Shown in pieces: positions 17,233-27,440 of a DNA stretch of 63,999 nucleotides (positions within the stretch are counted from its first letter, which is position 1; each line of letters opens with the position of its first letter). A program made the translations under genes and the position numbers. The notes under the pieces were generated by a model. It saw nothing but the letters and a program-made list of their open reading frames with translations, ran no database searches and was not told the DNA's origin. The DNA is from a virus (Duplodnaviria > Caudoviricetes): the IMG/VR virus record IMGVR_UViG_3300037882_001089, positions 1 through 63,999 of that record, one strand, 5' to 3'.

Positions 17233-20200
17233 ATTTCAAATCACTTTCCTTTATTCCAAATTCCTTTTTTTGGAGTTCAATAGTTTTCTTCATTTCCAAA
17301 ACTCCTTTACGAATCTCAGTAGTATCAACATCTTTGAAATCTAACTTACTCCCATCGGGGAAATAATAAGGAAGACCTTTTTTATTTTGCTCTATTAAGT
17401 ATTTAAAATCATTCATTTGGGTAATTAGAGTTTTGATAGCTTTAATTTTCCCTTCTCTTTCTTTTTCTTCAATAGGGGTTAAGCCTTTCTCCATTCTTTC
17501 CTTTTGCTTTTTCTCTACTTTCTTCAACGCTTCTTTTTCTTCGTCTTTTAGTTTTAGCGTTAAATCTCCTTTCCAATTATCATTTATAGCTTTAGCAGTT
17601 TTTATAAAACCTTTATCCATAAACGCTTGTCCAAATCCTTCGGGTTTAGAGTAATAAACTGGTTCACGACCTTGTAAACCTACGTTTAAATCATAAACAT
17701 CCCTTAACGCTCTCCAAGAAAAAGGAGCTGATAACGAGCTTCCTAATAATTTTCCTGATTCAGTAGAGAATTTTTCTCCATCTCCAATAGCTTTAACAGT
17801 TTTTAGAATGTTATCTTGATAATCTACTTTCATTCCAAATTGGTCAACAAAAAACTTACCTAAATCATCTTTTTCTGTCATTAAATAAGTAACAAATGTA
17901 GGTGTCATTTTTTTAATATACTTTTTAGCCCATTTGTTTTCTTCTTTTTCCGACCAAACTCTTAATTTATCAATAGCATCTTCTTCATCATCTCCATTAG
18001 TAGTTAATGCCATTGCTAATGTTCCACTAATCATTAATCCACTTAATGTTCTCATTGCGGAGGCTTGTGTGTTTCTTCTTCTGTATAAAGATTCTTTATA
18101 ATTATTTCTACCACTTACTGTTGATAAATCTAATTCATTTCCTTTACCTACCATTAAATTATAAACTAAATTTAAAGGGACTCCTACTTTTTCGGATTGA
18201 AGTACAACCCAATTTGAACCACCGCCTAAGAATGGAGCAATAATTCCTTTATAACCAGTACCTAAAATAATCCAAAATGAAGCCTTACCATATTGTTCTT
18301 CTTTTATCGCTTTTTCTGTTTCGTGGGAAATCATTGCATTTATTAGATTTACACCTTTTGTAACCATATTGTTAGCTTCGTGTCCAATACTTAATCCTGC
18401 GGATTTATATGAAGCGTCAAATGCTTGTTCTATTTGTTCCATAGTCATACGACCATCACTTGCTAAATTTTGTTTAACAAGTCCCATAGCAAATCTATGA
18501 ATAGCATCTTTGTTGTCTTTTAGTACTTTTTCTCCTTCTTGTTGGGAGTTTATTTCATCAATTATGCTTTTTGCAGTAACCAATGCTTTTTCAAAAATAT
18601 CCCCTGTTAATTGTTCGTTTAAATATTGTTGAGCTTCATCTTTTGTCATTCCGCCATTAGGGTTCTTCTCTAAAGGTAAAGTTAATGTATCAATAATATT
18701 TTCTATAAAAATGGAAGATGTTAAAGATGCTTTAGTTTGGCTATCTTGTGCCTCTAAAAAGGCACGTAATGTAACCACAGAAACTACTATATTAGCAATT
18801 TCGCTATCTACTTTACCATTAAGCCAATCCTCAAAACGAGTATGAGAAATTAAACTTGAACCAGTTTCCCCATAAAATAATCCCACTTGTTTTACAATAT
18901 CATTATAAACAGCATCTTTATCTTTTTGTATTTGTTTTCTTAATTCGGGAGTTACTTTCCCACTTGCTTGAATTTTTTGATAAAGCATTTGTAGTTTACC
19001 TGATGTGTAGTTTTCAAGCAATGTTGCAATTCCTCCTAACATCGCTTTTAAAGATAATCCTTGATAGTCTTTAAATAAACTAATTAATCTAAATCCTTTT
19101 CCTCCACTAATGGTACTTACTTCCGATATTAGTTTTTTAATGTTATGACTAATTTGTGAAGCCTGACTCTCCATCGCAACTTTTGACAAAGGTTTCCCAT
19201 TAGGGTCTTTGTAGTTATACAATTCCGATAATGCTCTTACAAGTTTTTCAAGTTTAACAAATGATTCTTGTTTTAAACTACTCAAACCAATTACTTTATT
19301 TAAAACTTCTGAATATTTACCTTCATTATTTTCAAATAATCCAAAATTATAAAGTTCGGCTAATGTTTTAGATTCAGCCTTTCTATATACTCTTTCTTTG
19401 ATTAATCCCTTTCTCTCTAACTCCTTAATCCCTTTTTCAATTACTGATGCGCTTAATTCCTTAAACTCCTCAATAATATCAGCAGTCATTGATTCTATTT
19501 CTTTATCCGAGTATTTACCTTGCTCTTTTAAAGTATCAATAATGGTTTGCTCAATTCCTTTTTTACCCGCTAATTTCTTCCAATCGAAGCGTTTTACTTT
19601 CTCTCCTTTATATGTTACTTCACGATAAAATCCTGCATCTATTAATGCTTGTTTTACAATTGATTTTACAGATGTATCAATAGGTTTTTCATCTGTAACA
19701 AATCCTTCTTTTTTAAAATGGTCTGTAATATCTTTTCTAAATTTAGATTCATTACTCCATTCTTTACCATAAAGTTCTTTTATTTTTTTTACTCCTTTAT
19801 CTAAAGCATCAGCAATATTTAATCCACCTTTGATAGCATTCTCAATTGTTGTAATTCCAGCATCGATAATTGCAATAGGAATACCCGAAGTAGCATCATA
19901 AGTATTACTTCTTAAAGTAGATTTTAATTTAGATAATGAGTTTAGTATTTTATCTGCTTTCTTTCTTCTTGTTTCAGATAATGATTTATAATAATTATCA
20001 ATTTCTTTTTGAACTCCCTCGTCAATTAGTTTCTGAATCTCCTTATCGCTTTTAATAAAACCATCACGAATATCATCTTCTTCATTCATTTTATCAATAG
20101 AAGTTTCTACAATCTTCTCAACTTCTGATTTAGCCTCTTGTTGTTTTGAAGTGTATAGGTCATTTCTATAAGTTTCAATATCAATTCCTAATCTAATAGC

Positions 20201-23200
20201 ATTATTTAACGCTCTTAATCTACCAGTTCTAATTGTCAATGAACCAATACGTAAGTTTTCTTGGGAACGTGCCGTAACAAATTCTTGCAGTTTCTTTTCG
20301 CCTACATTAGTCGGGTCATTCTTAACTCGAATATCCATTTCATTTTCTAAAGTAGCTAAAATTATCCCTTTTTCAAGTCCATTTAAATCAGACGCTTCAA
20401 TAAAATCTAATAACTCCTCTACATATTTATCACCAAATTTCTCTTTAGCATCATTAACAATATCTATTCCGTGTTGTCTTAGTAAATCATCTCCTTTTAC
20501 ATCATATTCTTGGGCGTTAGTAGGCGTACCATATTCTCTTTCGATAGTTTCCCCACTTAAATATTTATTAATTACCCCGCTTTCAGGAATAGCTTTTATT
20601 TTATCTCTTAATTTAGTAGATTGGCTATCTGAAATAGGTTTTTTCTTAACCACTTCTTCTTTTTTAGTTTCTTTTGGCTCTTCAAGAGTTTTAAAGTGTT
20701 TTTCCGCCACTTCTTTCTCTGTAAAGTCAAAATCATAGCCTTTCTTATTTAAGTGGCTTATAACTTGTCTAATCGCTTCTTGAACTTCAATTCCTGCTCC
20801 AATTAATTGTTTTGCGCTATTAGCTACAAAATCTATTAAATCATCTTGTGATAATCCTTGTTTTTTTGAGCCTTTTGTATGTTCAGGAGTTTTAGGCAAT
20901 AAGTCTTTTAAAGCATTTGCAAGTTCATCGATATTTACATTTACTGCTTGTTTTCTTTCGGCAACTCTTTCTTTTCTTGATTTTTCTGATGTTGTAATAG
21001 TTTGCTTATCATCAATTCTCTTTGAAATTTGCTCAGTTTCTTTGTTTCCATATTGTTGTTTTTCAAATTCTTTATAATCTTCGTAGTATTCTATTAGTTC
21101 ATTATCTGTCATTTGGTCAAAAAATCCAAATCCTGCATCTTTTCTGTTTTTTTGCTCAATTGCTTTTAATAAAAACTCATTGCTCGCATTAAGCCCAGTA
21201 AGAGAAGTGAATTTTTCTTTTAATGCAGTAATAGCATTGCTTTTCTTGATTTGTTCTTCTGTAAGATTATCTTTTGCTTTTGCTTTATAAGATTTTAGCC
21301 CATCGGGATTTTCAGATATAAAATCAGCAATGTCATTAGGGGTAATTTCAACGCCTCCAATTTCAGATAATTCTTGTGCTAAATCATCAATCTCTCTACC
21401 GCTTTCGTTATCAAAATATGATTTTGTCTTATTGGTTTTGTTGTTTTTATCTCCAAATCTATCAAATCCACTTTCTTTAATTGGAGATAGCCCATCTGCT
21501 ATTATTTGTTTTTTATAATCTACTTTCTCCTCGTCATTCATAGAAGAAACATCTTCTATCTCTGCATAATGGATTGCTTCTGCAATTTCGGCGGGGTTAT
21601 TAGATTTTTTGGCTACTTCATTTTCCCAATCTTGTTGCTCAAAATCAGGATTATCAATAGCTCTTTCCCCAATAGTCAAATCGGTGTTATCAGCGTGTTT
21701 TCTTAAAACTGCTCGCTCAGTAGGTTTAGAAACTACTTCGCCTTTAGAATTTGTAACTTCTAATCTACCATTCTTATTCTCAACATTAAACGCTTGCCCT
21801 TTCTCCGAAACTTTATATTTCTTTACTTCAACATCTGTTTTACCTTCTCCAATTGTAGCGGAGGGCTGTACTGCTTCAACTTGTTGTTGCTGTAAATCTG
21901 CGTTATCTCCAATTGAAACATCTCCATTAGGTACAATATCTCCTTTCTGTTTTGCTTCATCTCTTTTGGCTTTAATTTCAGAATTAATGTTGCTATATTT
22001 TTCAGCTATTACTTTATTCAAGATTTTTTCTTCTTCCGACATAGCACTTTCTATATCAGGATTAGAGTACAAATCTTTCTTAATTTTAACTAATTCATCA
22101 ACACTCTTTTCGTTATAATCATTTTCTAATTTTTGAATAGGTGTTATTTCCTTTTGTTCTGAATTTGTTGGTTCTTGTACTTCGGCTTTTGGTTCAACTT
22201 TTGATTTTGCTTCTGCATTTGCACTTTCAATTTCTGCATCTTTCTGTTGTTTTAAATAGATTTTATTAGCTCTTTCGGTTATTTGCTCGTTGTCAATTTT
22301 AATATTTTTAGTTCCATCAGGATTTAACTCTTGAATTAATTGATTTGAGGCTTCTCTCTTAATTTTGTCTTGCTCTTTTAACGGCAAAGATTCTACGGGA
22401 GAAGTATTCCCATTAATAATATTTGTGTTAGTATTTTGTAAATCTAAATACTCTGATTTTAATCCTTGTAATAATATCTTTTTAGAAGCATCATCTAATT
22501 CAGTATCATCTTTAATTTCAATAGATTCTCTTTGTAATTCAGATAATCTCTTACTGTTGTTGTAAACAATCTCTATTTGATTTAAGGGCATTTTGCCTAA
22601 TTTATCAATAGTTTTATTTATAATACTAGAACTTTCTTTTGTAGCTAAGTCTATTTGCTCTTTGACAACTTTTTTAGTAGTTTCAGATATATTTACATCT
22701 TCTAACTTATCTAAAAGAGCAGTTATTTTTTTAGCATTTGCGTCTAATTGTCTTGATTCAGCTTTATCAGAAAAACTCTTAACTGCTGATAAAGCAACAT
22801 GAGGCATTGCTCCAACACTTCCTATCATTCCAGTAAGTAAGGCGGTATCTTTTAATGTTTTTATACTGTTATCAAAATACCCAACATTTTCTTCTCCTTG
22901 AATATCTTTTTTAACTACATTTTGAACTACATTATTTATTAACTCGGTACTTACTTCTTTTTTAGTATCTCTTACAATATTTTTAGCAATAGATTCAGAA
23001 GTATTTTTTATAGCAGTTTCAGCTAATTCTTTTGAAGTAGCTTCTTTCATTGCTGATTTCCAAATATTAGCTGAACCTCTTAATGTTTTAATAGTAGGTA
23101 GTTCCGAAAATATCGCTTCTGATAGACCACTAACGAATGGAGCTAACGCCATTTGCTGAGGCGTGTAGTTAGTTTTGCCACTTTTGTTAGATTGTGTCAT

Positions 23201-24547
23201 CTCAGAATATTTACTCCCCGAAGCCTCCAATCCCAATGCACCAATCCCAATACCACCTGCGCCAATTTGAGCAAAAGTACCTGCCTGATTTGCCAACAAA
23301 TCTGTTGAATATTGAAAGAAATTTTTAAATGAAACATCTTCACTATCAGGTCTAAAATCTTCTTTCTTTTTTTGTAAAAACTCTCTTGCTTTTTGTATTC
23401 CTTCTTGTTTATACTCCTCTTTAGCTCCTAAATAAGTATTAGCAATATAATTAGCTCCTGAGTATAAATCTACTCCTGCATTTGCTAAAGATAAAGATGC
23501 TCTAGCTCCGAAGTTTTCTAAAGCATTATAATTTCTTTTAAAAGCATTAAATTCATCTTTTGCAGTTCCTAAATCAGTATTATCTTGTTTTGTAAATGCT
23601 TTATAATCTTCTTTTAAATATTTCCCTACTTTTTGAATTTCACTTTGAGCAAATAGTTTATCTTCTTGTGTGATATTTGGATTTTCTAAATCATCTTGTA
23701 ACTCTTGAAAGTACTTCTCATTTAGGCTAATTCTATTGGTAATATCTTTTTTCTTTTTTGATAAAGTTGTAAATCTATCTTCCGCATCAATTTTAAGTGC
23801 TGATTTAGTTTTAGAATCTACTGAACCTAAATAATCATTAATTTTTTGTTGCTTCTTTTCTAAATTAGTTTTATCTAAATAGATTTTGTCAGCCAAACTA
23901 TTAACATCCTCAGATTTAATATTTTTTACGCCTTGTTCTCTTAATTGTATTTTAGCTTGTTTTTTTTCATCGAATAAAGGGTCTTTCTCCAATATTAATT
24001 CTTTTGGAGTAGTTTGCTCATCTGTCATACTAAAAACAAATTCACTTGCTTTATTTACAACATCTTTCCCAATAGCTTTAACATTATTCCAAACTCCTTC
24101 TTGTTCTTTTTTAGACTTTAAATCATTTTCAGATTCAATTCTTTCTTGTTCATTTAGCTTAGTAGCTTCCCTCCACTTCATAACCTCTTGTCTTTGAAAC
24201 TCCTTACGCTTTGCTACATTTTCAGGTTTATTAATAGCCTCTTGTAGTGTTTTATTAATTTTAGGTAATGGTTGTTTAGGCGTAGTAGTTTTTACGCCAT
24301 CAGGAAACATTTTAAAGTCTTTGCTAATTTTCTCTACACCATCCGAAGAACCAACTTTTGTTCCCGAAACCGATTTTTGTTTTGGAGAAATAGGTTCGGA
24401 AGCATCTTTTTTTTTTACAGGAACTTCATTACCGAATTTAGCGGTAAAATCTCTTGCTAATAATTCAATTTCTTCATTACTACCTCCATTAGCTAATAAT
24501 TCTTTAATATTAGCGTCTAATTGTTCTCTTCTTTTAGGTTGTAACAT
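17231..24547 (-). CDS. giant virion (internal/ejection) protein, 2438 aa
   Basis: Size, helical and charged composition, last position in a podovirus-like structural operon. Confidence 0.6.
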   Translation of the reverse strand: MLQPKRREQLDANIKELLANGGSNEEIELLARDFTAKFGNEVPVKKKDASEPISPKQKSVSGTKVGSSDGVEKISKDFKMFPDGVKTTTPKQPLPKINKTLQEAINKPENVAKRKEFQRQEVMKWREATKLNEQERIESENDLKSKKEQEGVWNNVKAIGKDVVNKASEFVFSMTDEQTTPKELILEKDPLFDEKKQAKIQLREQGVKNIKSEDVNSLADKIYLDKTNLEKKQQKINDYLGSVDSKTKSALKIDAEDRFTTLSKKKKDITNRISLNEKYFQELQDDLENPNITQEDKLFAQSEIQKVGKYLKEDYKAFTKQDNTDLGTAKDEFNAFKRNYNALENFGARASLSLANAGVDLYSGANYIANTYLGAKEEYKQEGIQKAREFLQKKKEDFRPDSEDVSFKNFFQYSTDLLANQAGTFAQIGAGGIGIGALGLEASGSKYSEMTQSNKSGKTNYTPQQMALAPFVSGLSEAIFSELPTIKTLRGSANIWKSAMKEATSKELAETAIKNTSESIAKNIVRDTKKEVSTELINNVVQNVVKKDIQGEENVGYFDNSIKTLKDTALLTGMIGSVGAMPHVALSAVKSFSDKAESRQLDANAKKITALLDKLEDVNISETTKKVVKEQIDLATKESSSIINKTIDKLGKMPLNQIEIVYNNSKRLSELQRESIEIKDDTELDDASKKILLQGLKSEYLDLQNTNTNIINGNTSPVESLPLKEQDKIKREASNQLIQELNPDGTKNIKIDNEQITERANKIYLKQQKDAEIESANAEAKSKVEPKAEVQEPTNSEQKEITPIQKLENDYNEKSVDELVKIKKDLYSNPDIESAMSEEEKILNKVIAEKYSNINSEIKAKRDEAKQKGDIVPNGDVSIGDNADLQQQQVEAVQPSATIGEGKTDVEVKKYKVSEKGQAFNVENKNGRLEVTNSKGEVVSKPTERAVLRKHADNTDLTIGERAIDNPDFEQQDWENEVAKKSNNPAEIAEAIHYAEIEDVSSMNDEEKVDYKKQIIADGLSPIKESGFDRFGDKNNKTNKTKSYFDNESGREIDDLAQELSEIGGVEITPNDIADFISENPDGLKSYKAKAKDNLTEEQIKKSNAITALKEKFTSLTGLNASNEFLLKAIEQKNRKDAGFGFFDQMTDNELIEYYEDYKEFEKQQYGNKETEQISKRIDDKQTITTSEKSRKERVAERKQAVNVNIDELANALKDLLPKTPEHTKGSKKQGLSQDDLIDFVANSAKQLIGAGIEVQEAIRQVISHLNKKGYDFDFTEKEVAEKHFKTLEEPKETKKEEVVKKKPISDSQSTKLRDKIKAIPESGVINKYLSGETIEREYGTPTNAQEYDVKGDDLLRQHGIDIVNDAKEKFGDKYVEELLDFIEASDLNGLEKGIILATLENEMDIRVKNDPTNVGEKKLQEFVTARSQENLRIGSLTIRTGRLRALNNAIRLGIDIETYRNDLYTSKQQEAKSEVEKIVETSIDKMNEEDDIRDGFIKSDKEIQKLIDEGVQKEIDNYYKSLSETRRKKADKILNSLSKLKSTLRSNTYDATSGIPIAIIDAGITTIENAIKGGLNIADALDKGVKKIKELYGKEWSNESKFRKDITDHFKKEGFVTDEKPIDTSVKSIVKQALIDAGFYREVTYKGEKVKRFDWKKLAGKKGIEQTIIDTLKEQGKYSDKEIESMTADIIEEFKELSASVIEKGIKELERKGLIKERVYRKAESKTLAELYNFGLFENNEGKYSEVLNKVIGLSSLKQESFVKLEKLVRALSELYNYKDPNGKPLSKVAMESQASQISHNIKKLISEVSTISGGKGFRLISLFKDYQGLSLKAMLGGIATLLENYTSGKLQMLYQKIQASGKVTPELRKQIQKDKDAVYNDIVKQVGLFYGETGSSLISHTRFEDWLNGKVDSEIANIVVSVVTLRAFLEAQDSQTKASLTSSIFIENIIDTLTLPLEKNPNGGMTKDEAQQYLNEQLTGDIFEKALVTAKSIIDEINSQQEGEKVLKDNKDAIHRFAMGLVKQNLASDGRMTMEQIEQAFDASYKSAGLSIGHEANNMVTKGVNLINAMISHETEKAIKEEQYGKASFWIILGTGYKGIIAPFLGGGSNWVVLQSEKVGVPLNLVYNLMVGKGNELDLSTVSGRNNYKESLYRRRNTQASAMRTLSGLMISGTLAMALTTNGDDEEDAIDKLRVWSEKEENKWAKKYIKKMTPTFVTYLMTEKDDLGKFFVDQFGMKVDYQDNILKTVKAIGDGEKFSTESGKLLGSSLSAPFSWRALRDVYDLNVGLQGREPVYYSKPEGFGQAFMDKGFIKTAKAINDNWKGDLTLKLKDEEKEALKKVEKKQKERMEKGLTPIEEKEREGKIKAIKTLITQMNDFKYLIEQNKKGLPYYFPDGSKLDFKDVDTTEIRKGVLEMKKTIELQKKEFGIKESDLK

Positions 24548-24556
24548 ATATTTTTA

Positions 24557-25756
24557 TTATTTATAAATAATTTTACCATTTTCATCTACTCCTGCATAAA
24601 CTCCTTTTGTCTTTGGTTGTTTTTTTGTAATAGTAGTTGTTTTTGTTGGAATTTTTTTACCGTAAGGAGTAACTGTTTCTCCTTCTTTTACTGTAACTGT
24701 TTCTTTATTAAGTTCACGCTCTTTTTGGTTGTACACTCTATCTGCATTATTTTGGTCATTTAACTCTTTTAGTTTTTGTAGTCTAATTCTTTCGGCTTCA
24801 TAATCAGGTTTTTCAGAGCGAGGTATTCTACCAACTAAATCTGCTTTTACTTTTTCTTTAATTTCAAAAAGTTCTCTTGGTGTATAATCTGATAAACTAT
24901 CTTTAGGTTCTTGACCCATTAATAATGACATTTGATAAACTTGATTATAGTTTTTAGTAACATCATTAGCCATATTCTCAGCCATTTGTTCAGCACCTTT
25001 GAATGTTTTTATGATTTTACCATCTTTAAACTCTTCGGATTGAACTTTTCCTAACGAATCTTCAAATGTTTCAATCAATGATTTAGAACCTTTTTTTCCA
25101 CTCTCTCCGTTGTAGTTAAAAGATGGTACTGGCTTCATTTCATCAAGTAATTTCTGTGGTGGAACTTGGTTTTTTAAAATATTGGTTACTTTACCATTAT
25201 CATCTGTTTCGTATATTGTAAATAAAGGATTCCCTTTTTCATCAGGAGTGTAAACGTATTCTCCTTTTTGTACTTTATCAAGAATAGAAGCTCTTTTTAG
25301 CGCACTATGTTCATTATAATCACCTTCTAAAACTCCTTTTTCTAAATTAGCTGTAAAATCAGATATGGTTTTGGGAAGTTGTGCTAAACCTAATAATGAG
25401 TTTTTGGCATTTTCTCTTTCATCAAGGAATTTTCTATCCCCAGTTGCAGTATAATTTGCATTTGCGTCTGCATATTTCTTTTTAAACTCAAATGCAGATA
25501 AAGTCGTTGGGTTATCAATTTTATCCATTCCTATTTTTAATATAGGATGTTCTTTCTCAAATTTATCTAATGCCTCTAATTCTTTTGCCCTTTGTGATTG
25601 TATATTAGATTCGTTTTCAGCTTTCTTTTCCTCCGCCAATCTTTGTTCTTGACGATATTTAAAAGCATTATCCTCTAATCTAGTAATAGCTTGACCTAGA
25701 TAGTTTTGTGTTGGACTTAATGTAGCGTAACCGCCCCCTTTTCTCCCTATTGCCAT
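24557..25756 (-). CDS. putative internal virion/ejection protein
   Basis: Position before the giant protein; coiled-coil N-terminus. Confidence 0.5.
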   Translation of the reverse strand: MAIGRKGGGYATLSPTQNYLGQAITRLEDNAFKYRQEQRLAEEKKAENESNIQSQRAKELEALDKFEKEHPILKIGMDKIDNPTTLSAFEFKKKYADANANYTATGDRKFLDERENAKNSLLGLAQLPKTISDFTANLEKGVLEGDYNEHSALKRASILDKVQKGEYVYTPDEKGNPLFTIYETDDNGKVTNILKNQVPPQKLLDEMKPVPSFNYNGESGKKGSKSLIETFEDSLGKVQSEEFKDGKIIKTFKGAEQMAENMANDVTKNYNQVYQMSLLMGQEPKDSLSDYTPRELFEIKEKVKADLVGRIPRSEKPDYEAERIRLQKLKELNDQNNADRVYNQKERELNKETVTVKEGETVTPYGKKIPTKTTTITKKQPKTKGVYAGVDENGKIIYK

Positions 25757-25774
25757 AATTGGTCTATATATATA

Positions 25775-26344
25775 TTACTTACCGTTTTTAGCTTTTTCGT
25801 AATCAATTTTTTGTTGAGTTGTCATTTTACGAGTTTTTCTCCATTCAGAAACAGATTGCCCTGCCGAGCCTAAACTTTGAAGAGAATTAGCAATTCCTTG
25901 CTGTTTAGCTTCGTTTGCAGAATTAATTTGTGAAGATAATGCAGAAACATCTTGTTGATATTTTTGTTCATCTATTCCTTGTATTCTGCGTTCATCCTCA
26001 GCTTTTAATCTTTCAATTTCTTGTTGTTGGTCGTCAAGATTTTTAGCATTCTCCATAGCAATTAAATCATTGTTAGCTTGAACCGCCCCAATACCTCCAA
26101 TAATTGCCCTTGCACCACCTCCTCGCAAAGCATCAACCGCAGTAGCGGATGTTCTTCCAGCTTCTTGCGTTCTTAAATCAGCTCCTAAAGTAGAAACTTT
26201 TAGATTCTCAGCTACGTTAGTAGCTTGTGGAGATTCTAAATTATTTAATGCTCGTTCTGCTTTTTTCTGTTTATTAGCACTATTGATAGCAGAATAAGCA
26301 GATACTCCTGCGCCTACCAATGCTGTTGCTGTCATAACACCCAA
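25775..26344 (-). CDS. putative pilot/ejection protein
   Basis: Gly/Ala-rich hydrophobic N-terminus followed by a Gln-rich coiled coil. Confidence 0.55.
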   Translation of the reverse strand: MGVMTATALVGAGVSAYSAINSANKQKKAERALNNLESPQATNVAENLKVSTLGADLRTQEAGRTSATAVDALRGGGARAIIGGIGAVQANNDLIAMENAKNLDDQQQEIERLKAEDERRIQGIDEQKYQQDVSALSSQINSANEAKQQGIANSLQSLGSAGQSVSEWRKTRKMTTQQKIDYEKAKNGK

Positions 26345-26372
26345 TATATTGTTATTTAGGGATTAATAACAA

Positions 26373-26399
26373 CAAAGATAAAAAATAAACGACAACAAA
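26373..26399 (-). promoter_or_regulatory. putative late promoter (copy 1)
   Basis: Minus strand TTTGTTGTCGTTTATTTTTTATCTTTG ending in TAnnTTTG; identical to 53155-53181. Confidence 0.7.
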
Positions 26400-26465
26400 C
26401 GAATATAGTAATGTATTATTTTTAAATTTGCAATTACAACTGTTTTAATTACAATTAAATATAAT

Positions 26466-26870
26466 ATGAAAGCACGTAATTTAATAGAATCTGATTATGA
26501 GGATTTAGTAGAATATTGGAAATGGAATCGCTTTCCGCCACCTCCAAAAGAAGTATTGCCGAATAACGCTAAGGGCGGAATGATGGTTGTAGATGAATTT
26601 GGTAATAATATTTGTGGAGGGTTCTTTTACGAAACTAATTCAGTGCTTGGATGGATTGAATTTATTGTAGCTTCACCACTTATTAAAGATAGAAAAGTAA
26701 GAAAAGAGGGTCAAGTATTTTTAATAAAATCATTATGTGAAAAAGCTAGAAAAAAAGGGTACTTAGCAATTTTCGCATCAATAAAAGTTGAGAGTTTAAT
26801 TCAAAGATATATTGAAGCGGGATTTTCTAAAGATGACTTAAAATCTACTGAATTAATTATTAGATTATAA
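26466..26870 (+). CDS. GNAT-fold acetyltransferase-like protein
   Basis: GWIEFIVASP...LIKSLCEKARKKGY...RYIEAGF. Confidence 0.6.
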   Translation: MKARNLIESDYEDLVEYWKWNRFPPPPKEVLPNNAKGGMMVVDEFGNNICGGFFYETNSVLGWIEFIVASPLIKDRKVRKEGQVFLIKSLCEKARKKGYLAIFASIKVESLIQRYIEAGFSKDDLKSTELIIRL

Positions 26871-27413
26871 ACGTTTATAAAAGGAGGCGAGTACAATTCT
26901 GACTCCTTTTTTTATTCTATTAGGACTTTTTGCGTGAAAATGGTTCGCATTGTATTTTAATAATCTATTAGGCTTAGATTTAACGTAATCTGTTTCTTGC
27001 CACTTAGATAAATCATTACTGTCCTCTAATAATAATCTATTGTATTCTTCTTCGGAAACACACTCTGATAATTCTTTTCCGTGTAAATGATGGTCGAAGA
27101 AAGAAGTTCCATTTGTACTCACGCCTTTAGGGTTGTTTATGTATAGTACACTAGCTAACGAAACTCTTTCTCCCATTATTATATTGTCTGCGTGGATTCG
27201 GGCATTTTCATCAAAACCATCATAAGCACTTCTAATAAAACTAAAAACTCTTTTATACCCATCCATTTCTAAATAAGGATAAATATTTTCGGGGATTTCT
27301 ATTACTGAAAACTGCTTATCTCCAGCAGTAACAATTGAGAACTCATTTGTTTCGCAATAATTTTGTAATTCTAAAAATACATCTTTTGGTAAAAAATCAT
27401 CTACAATCTCCAT
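26865..27413 (-). CDS. 2OG-Fe(II) oxygenase-like protein
   Basis: IVDDFLP, IHAD, VLYIN...GTSFF, NRLLKY...FHA...RIV. Confidence 0.75.
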   Translation of the reverse strand: MEIVDDFLPKDVFLELQNYCETNEFSIVTAGDKQFSVIEIPENIYPYLEMDGYKRVFSFIRSAYDGFDENARIHADNIIMGERVSLASVLYINNPKGVSTNGTSFFDHHLHGKELSECVSEEEYNRLLLEDSNDLSKWQETDYVKSKPNRLLKYNANHFHAKSPNRIKKGVRIVLASFYKRL

Positions 27414-27440
27414 ATTTATAATTTTATTATATTTAATTAT

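Noticed and set aside
17231-24547. Virion RNA polymerase
   Set aside because: No DxDxD-type catalytic motif was recognised, and the promoters are host-type; a structure search would be needed to exclude it fully.
17433-24566. Antisense ORFs inside the giant gene (and similar shadow ORFs elsewhere)
   Set aside because: They lie fully opposite long genes and show typical antisense composition.
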